A stretch of 20,000 bases of DNA from an uncultured virus (IMG/VR IMGVR_UViG_3300005680_000091) (taxonomy: Duplodnaviria; Heunggongvirae; Uroviricota; Caudoviricetes), in the IMG/VR virus record IMGVR_UViG_3300005680_000091; one strand, 5' to 3'. The notes beneath the pieces are model-generated. The model was not told the DNA's origin, did not search any database, and worked only from the letters and a program-made list of their open reading frames with translations. Position 1 is the first letter of the stretch. Each line of letters starts with the position of its first letter. Positions 15,655 to 20,000 of the stretch are shown here, piece by piece. The position numbers and the translations under genes were made by a program.

Positions 15655-16214
15655 GCTGCACTCCTCTTCAGGTGGTTCAACTCTTCGAACTGGGCCACGT
15701 AGGTCCGGGTGAGTTCCGGCGACGAGAACACCAGCTCCCCGGTCTCTTCGTCCTTGGCCGAGTACCAGAGCGGCGACTGCATCGCGATCAGCACCTGGTG
15801 GCGCATCCACTCGGCGTCCGGGAAGGCGCGCTGTGCCGGCGCTCGGGCCGCGGTGCGCAGGCGGCGCATCACGTTCTGCACCTTCGCGCGCCAGTTCGGA
15901 TCCGCGGCGAGCACTTCACCCATCGGCCGGCGGGCGGCTTCGTCCTCGGCGGCGATCCGCAGTGCGAGGTCGGTGGCTGTGTAGGTGCGCGTCGAGTATT
16001 TCGGCACGCTGTCCGGCGTCTCGGACACGGTGGCCAGGCCTTGAGCGCGCAGGCTCTCCAGGATGCGGACCCGGTAGTCGTCCATGCTCCAGTAGGGGCG
16101 CGTGGTGATCGGGCCGCCGACCAGCCGGCGCAGCGCCTGGATCTGGTCAAACTCCTCATCGGCGTGGCCGCTGGCGTAGCGCGGGTGAGGCAGCATGCGG
16201 GTGCGGGTCGTCAT
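15651..16214 (-). CDS. Hypothetical protein
   Basis: 187-aa ORF, GGAG RBS, coupled. Confidence 0.75.
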   Translation of the reverse strand: MTTRTRMLPHPRYASGHADEEFDQIQALRRLVGGPITTRPYWSMDDYRVRILESLRAQGLATVSETPDSVPKYSTRTYTATDLALRIAAEDEAARRPMGEVLAADPNWRAKVQNVMRRLRTAARAPAQRAFPDAEWMRHQVLIAMQSPLWYSAKDEETGELVFSSPELTRTYVAQFEELNHLKRSAA

Positions 16215-16468
16215 CGTGTGGTCTCCAGTTGCGTGTCGATCTTGCGGATCACCTCGAGGTAACGGGGTTGGCCCGCGCCACGCTTGAGGTGTTCGATGTC
16301 GCGCCGCGCATCGGATGTGAACATTTCACGGTTGGCGTGGGCGTAGCGCCAGTGGATCCGGTCTCGGTGGGCCAACCCGGCGCCGCCGATTGGCTGACCT
16401 CGGTAGGTCAGCCTGTAACCGCATGCGGCGGCGGTGAAGGAGAGTTGGCTCGGGTCGAAGGCGGGCAT
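16211..16468 (-). CDS. Hypothetical protein
   Basis: 85-aa ORF, GGAGGA RBS. Confidence 0.7.
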   Translation of the reverse strand: MPAFDPSQLSFTAAACGYRLTYRGQPIGGAGLAHRDRIHWRYAHANREMFTSDARRDIEHLKRGAGQPRYLEVIRKIDTQLETTR

Positions 16469-16532
16469 GGTTCAATCCTCCGGCCAGGGCGGCACGTCGT
16501 CGTAAGGGGTGTGGAGTTGCATCTCGTTCTCC

Positions 16533-16931
16533 TCAGAGGATGGTGTAGCGCTCTGCGAAGCGACGTTGCGCCTCGTCCGCTTGGTAGCGGGTGACGCACA
16601 GCTGCGGTTCGGGCGGCTTTTCCCAGACCGCGGTCTGCTGCACATCGACGAGGAACCAACCCTTCGCGCGACGCTCGAGGGTGACCATCGTTGCTTGGCG
16701 GCTGTACTTGTAGTACTTCGCCACGCGCCCACCTGACCAGGTGTGGAACCGGGCGCCTTTCCAGAGCTTGACCGGCAGCCCCAGTTCGCCAAGCCGCGAG
16801 GAAGCGAGGTCAGCTTCGGCCTCGATGTCGCTGTAGCAGTTGAAGGTGTGGGTCAGGGCAGCTCCGTTGGCTTTGTGCAGGGCCGCCTCAATGGCGACGG
16901 CGTTGTCTTCGTGAATTCGGATCGGCTTCAT
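16533..16931 (-). CDS. Hypothetical protein (132 aa)
   Basis: Start moved to ATG 16931 (MKPIRIHEDN), GGAG RBS. Confidence 0.75.
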   Translation of the reverse strand: MKPIRIHEDNAVAIEAALHKANGAALTHTFNCYSDIEAEADLASSRLGELGLPVKLWKGARFHTWSGGRVAKYYKYSRQATMVTLERRAKGWFLVDVQQTAVWEKPPEPQLCVTRYQADEAQRRFAERYTIL

Positions 16932-16950
16932 GGTGTGGTCTCCGGTTGAA

Positions 16951-16973
16951 GAAGGGGAGCCCGGCTCCCCTTC
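16951..16973. promoter_or_regulatory. Palindrome/hairpin GAAGGGGAGC-ccg-GCTCCCCTTC containing GGGAG-N5-CTCCC
   Basis: 10-bp perfect stem, intergenic; core motif at 16955-16969. Confidence 0.65.
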
Positions 16974-16980
16974 AGGTCGA

Positions 16981-17880
16981 TCAGTGCGCCAGCTCGAGGG
17001 CGTGCGCTTCGTCGGCGGTGCGCTCGTCCGACTCGAACCAGCCGGCCGGGGCGACAACCTGGGCGAGGCGATCGGCCAGCGTCCAGAGCGCGCGGTTCAG
17101 TTTCACGTCCTGATCCACGCCGGTCACTGCGCGGGTGGTGGTGCGTCGGCCGTTGCTCGAGCGCCCGCGCAGCCCACCCTTGATCAGGTTCTCCTGGATC
17201 CGGTTGAACGTCGTGAAGAGGTCGTTCTTGCGGTCCTCGAAGCGGCGGGCTTCCAGCAGCGAGCTGGCCAGGATCGGCGCCTTGGCCGGGTCGTCATACT
17301 TCAGGGTAAGCGCCGCCTCGGCCAGGGCGCGCTGCTGGTGGTCGGACAGCGAGATGCTGCGGTAGGCCTGGATCCGGGTGGTGGCGGCCTCGATGTTGTC
17401 CAGCGTGCGGATGCAGCCGTCGATCACGTCGTCGACCAGGTTCTGGCGTCCGCGGTGCAGCACCTTGGTGTCGTCGCAGATGTCACCGGCGACCAGGCCG
17501 TTGTCGCAGATCATGCGGAAGAAGCCGGTCATCAGGCGGTACGAGCTCGAGCCGTCGTGGCTGTTCAGCAGCAGGATCTCCGGCGTGATGCCTTCGACCA
17601 TCGCGCTGTTGGCATGGCGTAGCCGCAGCAGGTGGCGAGTGTGCTCGCGCTTGCCTTGGTCGCGCACCCGGGTCTGGCGGGCCTCGAACGGCTCGAAGCC
17701 GGCGTCGCGCAGCCCGGCCAGCACCGAGCTGGTAGGGATGAATCCGTAGCGGTCGCCGCGGCTCTCGTGGGCTTCCTGGGCGAACACACTCGGCGCGGCG
17801 CGCAGGATCTCGTCGTTGGTCAGGGGGCGGTCGCGGCGGATGATGGAACCGGAAGCGGCGGCGGATGCGTAGCGGATCAT
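16981..17880 (-). CDS. DUF932/DUF945-family protein (299 aa)
   Basis: Start ATG 17880 with AGGAG RBS; APSVFA..AHESR..RY.FIPT, EHTRHLLRLR, EILLLNSHDGSSSY....GFFRMICDNGLV, FNRIQENLIKGG, KLNRALW. Confidence 0.9.
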   Translation of the reverse strand: MIRYASAAASGSIIRRDRPLTNDEILRAAPSVFAQEAHESRGDRYGFIPTSSVLAGLRDAGFEPFEARQTRVRDQGKREHTRHLLRLRHANSAMVEGITPEILLLNSHDGSSSYRLMTGFFRMICDNGLVAGDICDDTKVLHRGRQNLVDDVIDGCIRTLDNIEAATTRIQAYRSISLSDHQQRALAEAALTLKYDDPAKAPILASSLLEARRFEDRKNDLFTTFNRIQENLIKGGLRGRSSNGRRTTTRAVTGVDQDVKLNRALWTLADRLAQVVAPAGWFESDERTADEAHALELAH

Positions 17881-17967
17881 GGTGATTCTCCTGGTTGTGA
17901 GGCGTACAGGTGCGCCTGGGGGAAACTGCACTCGGCTGCCCGGGTGGGCAGGCGGCTGGAGTCTCAG
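17881..17967 (-). repeat. Intergenic structured element, copy 1
   Basis: Core 17926-17967 is similar to 19191-19234; CTGCCC/GGGCAG stem. Confidence 0.75.
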
Positions 17968-18044
17968 CGGCGGACGATCTCGGTCACGAGGTAACCCACC
18001 ACGAGGCCAATCAGGGAGACGACGAGGGCGTCGGTGCAGGTCAT
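17964..18044 (-). CDS. Small membrane peptide (26 aa)
   Basis: MTCTDALVVSLIGLVVGYLVTEIVRR; ATGA overlap. Confidence 0.45.
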   Translation of the reverse strand: MTCTDALVVSLIGLVVGYLVTEIVRR

Positions 18045-18307
18045 CGCGGCACCCTCGCGTTCGTGCGGCCGTACTGGACGGGGTAGCACTTCAAGCAGTT
18101 GAGCCCAAGTCCATGGGGGCACGGCGGCAGCTGACCCGGACCGCCTTTCTTCGGCACCCCGAGACCCTTGTAGAACTCGTCGGCGGTCATCGGCCGGTGA
18201 GTGACCGCATCCGCGCCGCAGCTCGGGCAGTTCGGCACCGTGTTCGCGACTTGGTACCACTCGTAGTGGTGGCCGCAGTGGCAGCAGGTTCGAGACGTCA
18301 TCGACAT
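18041..18307 (-). CDS. Small Cys-rich zinc-binding protein
   Basis: CCHCG, CPSCG, CPHG..NCLKC; GAGGAG RBS. Confidence 0.65.
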   Translation of the reverse strand: MSMTSRTCCHCGHHYEWYQVANTVPNCPSCGADAVTHRPMTADEFYKGLGVPKKGGPGQLPPCPHGLGLNCLKCYPVQYGRTNARVPR

Positions 18308-18308
18308 T

Positions 18309-18491
18309 TCAGGTCTCCTCAGTTCGGTTCGGTTCGTCGTCAGGCGACCACCAGGTGTAGAAGCCGCCGTCGGGCGACTCAGCCCACACGACCGGCTCGC
18401 CGTCGCTGTTTCGCTCGGTGCCGTAGGCGGCGATGTTGCCCTCGCGTTTCTCTTGTGCGGCCAGGGCGAGGGCTTCGTGGATCGTGGTCAT
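18309..18491 (-). CDS. Hypothetical protein (60 aa)
   Basis: Start ATG 18491 (MTTIHEALAL), GAGGAG RBS. Confidence 0.7.
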   Translation of the reverse strand: MTTIHEALALAAQEKREGNIAAYGTERNSDGEPVVWAESPDGGFYTWWSPDDEPNRTEET

Positions 18492-18501
18492 GGTGGTCTC
18501 C

Positions 18502-18717
18502 TCAGTGCGTGGTTGCCGGCCGGCAAAGCCCTTGCTCGATGAGAGACGCGGCGGTCCTGCCGTACCAGCCTTGAAGCGTCCAGGCGGCGCCGGTGTCGAT
18601 GAGGTGCTGGAAGGCCTCGAGGATCTCATCCTCGGTGTGCTCTTCCCCGTCGAAGCCTTCGATCATCGCGCAGCAGTCGAAGGTGGTCAGCGTGGCGCGG
18701 GTGGTGGTGGTGGCCAT
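18502..18717 (-). CDS. Small phage hypothetical protein (71 aa)
   Basis: Start ATG 18717, GGAG RBS. FQHLIDTGAAWTLQGWYGRTAASLIEQG motif resembles a recurrent phage family. Confidence 0.8.
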   Translation of the reverse strand: MATTTTRATLTTFDCCAMIEGFDGEEHTEDEILEAFQHLIDTGAAWTLQGWYGRTAASLIEQGLCRPATTH

Positions 18718-18732
18718 GATGATCTCCAGAAG

Positions 18733-18753
18733 AAGGGGAGCGCTGCTCCCCTT
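18733..18753. promoter_or_regulatory. Palindrome/hairpin AAGGGGAGC-gct-GCTCCCCTT containing GGGAG-N5-CTCCC
   Basis: 9-bp perfect stem; near-copy of 16951-16973. Confidence 0.65.
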
Positions 18754-18757
18754 TTGA

Positions 18758-18856
18758 TCAGACGAAAAGCCAGGGCAGCACAACCAGCGTGCCGACCAGG
18801 GCGAAGAAGATGGCGGCGCCGATCAGCGACTCGCCGAGGGTCTCGCGGCGCTTCAC
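18758..18856 (-). CDS. Small membrane peptide (32 aa)
   Basis: GTG start overlapping the upstream stop; KRRETLGESLIGAAIFFALVGTLVVLPWLFV. Confidence 0.5.
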   Translation of the reverse strand: MKRRETLGESLIGAAIFFALVGTLVVLPWLFV

Positions 18857-19143
18857 GCTGCCGCCTTCAGCGCCACCTGACGCTCGCGCACCTTCAGGGT
18901 GGTCCGGGTGCCCTCGCGGCTGCAGGCGGTGATCTGGGCCGGCGTGAGCAGCGCCTTCACCTTCTTGGTGTCGAGCGAGCAGGTCTCGGTCGTGGTGACC
19001 TCGATCTCGGCGACGCGCCCGGCGTAGAGGCCATCGCCTTCAGCCTTGACGGCTTCTTTGATCGCGTCGAACTCGGCGGCGAGCGGGGCGATGAGGGCCT
19101 GGAGCTCCAGGGCGCGGTCAATCAGCTTCTTGGTGATCTTCAT
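18853..19143 (-). CDS. Hypothetical phage protein
   Basis: 96-aa ORF, GGAG RBS; N-terminal coiled coil, LDTKKVK motif. Confidence 0.8.
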   Translation of the reverse strand: MKITKKLIDRALELQALIAPLAAEFDAIKEAVKAEGDGLYAGRVAEIEVTTTETCSLDTKKVKALLTPAQITACSREGTRTTLKVRERQVALKAAA

Positions 19144-19234
19144 GGTGGTTCTCCGTTTTTGCGCGTAGGAGTGCGCGGGGTGGGTAGAGGCTGCACTCGA
19201 CTGCCCTGATCGGGGCAGGCGGCTGAAGTCTCAG
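19144..19234 (-). repeat. Intergenic structured element, copy 2
   Basis: Core 19191-19234 is similar to 17926-17967. Confidence 0.75.
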
Positions 19235-19440
19235 GACTTGGCGACGAACTGGACGGTGCGCGGATCAACACGAGGGGTGAAGTCCCGCTCGATCAGGAAG
19301 ATGTCGCCGTTGCTCCACTGCTCGGCTTTCTCGAACGCGTCGAGTTCGAGCGGTGCGCCGCGGAGGTCGCAGGGTTGCACGCCTTCGATCGGGAACACTG
19401 CGCCGTGGGTGCGGCGAGTCGGGAGCTTGATGTTGGTCAT
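19231..19440 (-). CDS. Hypothetical protein (69 aa), first gene of the leftward early operon
   Basis: Start ATG 19440 (MTNIKLPTRR), GGAG RBS. Confidence 0.7.
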   Translation of the reverse strand: MTNIKLPTRRTHGAVFPIEGVQPCDLRGAPLELDAFEKAEQWSNGDIFLIERDFTPRVDPRTVQFVAKS

Positions 19441-19499
19441 GTCGTTCTCCAGCTGGTTGGTTGGAGCAGCGACCTCGTGGGAAGTCGCTCTTCTCAACC

Positions 19500-19520
19500 G
19501 AGGGGAGTGCCGCTCCCCTC
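19500..19520. promoter_or_regulatory. Palindrome GAGGGGAG-tgccg-CTCCCCTC
   Basis: Contains GGGAG-N5-CTCCC (19503-19517); lies in the operon leader. Confidence 0.65.
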
Positions 19521-19678
19521 TGGTGCGAGTCCGTTATCGACTCGGTGCCTCTGTCGCCTATCCACCTGTATCTTCGGTGGGTCTTGGGGTCCGACGGATT
19601 GCAGCTCCGTCTCGGCATTCCCTTCTTACGGTCTGGGCTACCGGTTTCGAGGCGCTGTTCTGTCTCTCAACGGTTCCC

Positions 19679-19707
19679 ATGATAGTGAGTCCCGCTCACC
19701 TCGTCAA
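19679..19707 (-). promoter_or_regulatory. Strong leftward sigma70 promoter with an operator in the spacer
   Basis: Minus strand TTGACG (19707-19702), 17 bp, TATCAT (19684-19679). A/T-rich UP-like tract upstream. GTGAG-tcccg-CTCAC (19685-19699) sits between the boxes. Confidence 0.85.
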
Positions 19708-20000
19708 GTAGTTTTTTCCAGAAAAGTGGAAAAATAAATCAGCGGTATTTTTGGGCAGGAGTGGGGGAGTTTTCGAGGTTTTTGCCCCACCTACCACCCC
19801 CTACGGCCCGCAAACCCGCGCCAATGCTGGAAGTTGATGATGCGGGACGCATAAGGTGGGGGAGAGGGGGGCGACCCCGTATACTTCCCCGCGCCAGAAA
19901 TTTCTCCCGCGTGGTTCTCGTGGTGGTCTTTTTTCTACTCCCTATTTTTCTCCCCAGTAGATATTTCTCTATATTCTCCCCTACTCCCCTACTATTATTA

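Overview
GC-rich tailed-phage or prophage segment holding replication and early/accessory genes. No structural, lysis or integrase genes are in the window. Layout: (i) a leftward DUF2800 (Cas4-like) nuclease operon running off the left edge; (ii) a ~520-bp divergent control region; (iii) a rightward replication operon (Cro-like HTH, TraR/DksA zinc finger, RecD/Dda-like helicase, PD-(D/E)XK nuclease, Prim-Pol/PriCT-2/VirE primase, VRR-NUC, SNF2 helicase); (iv) a ~10.5-kb leftward run of mostly small genes behind a near-consensus sigma70 promoter at 19679-19707. The standout feature is at 12825-14362: a stand-alone Cas7/RAMP-like gene and a coupled partner gene, preceded by a two-unit ~115-nt repeat array. 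The variable parts of the array are strictly 5-periodic (GGY-NN)n tracts, so this looks like an RNA-guided system with a non-CRISPR, gapped guide code (VIPR-like architecture). An 11-copy intergenic palindrome GKGAG-N5-CTCMC suggests a phage-wide operator regulon. All family calls come from motif recognition by eye, not database searches.
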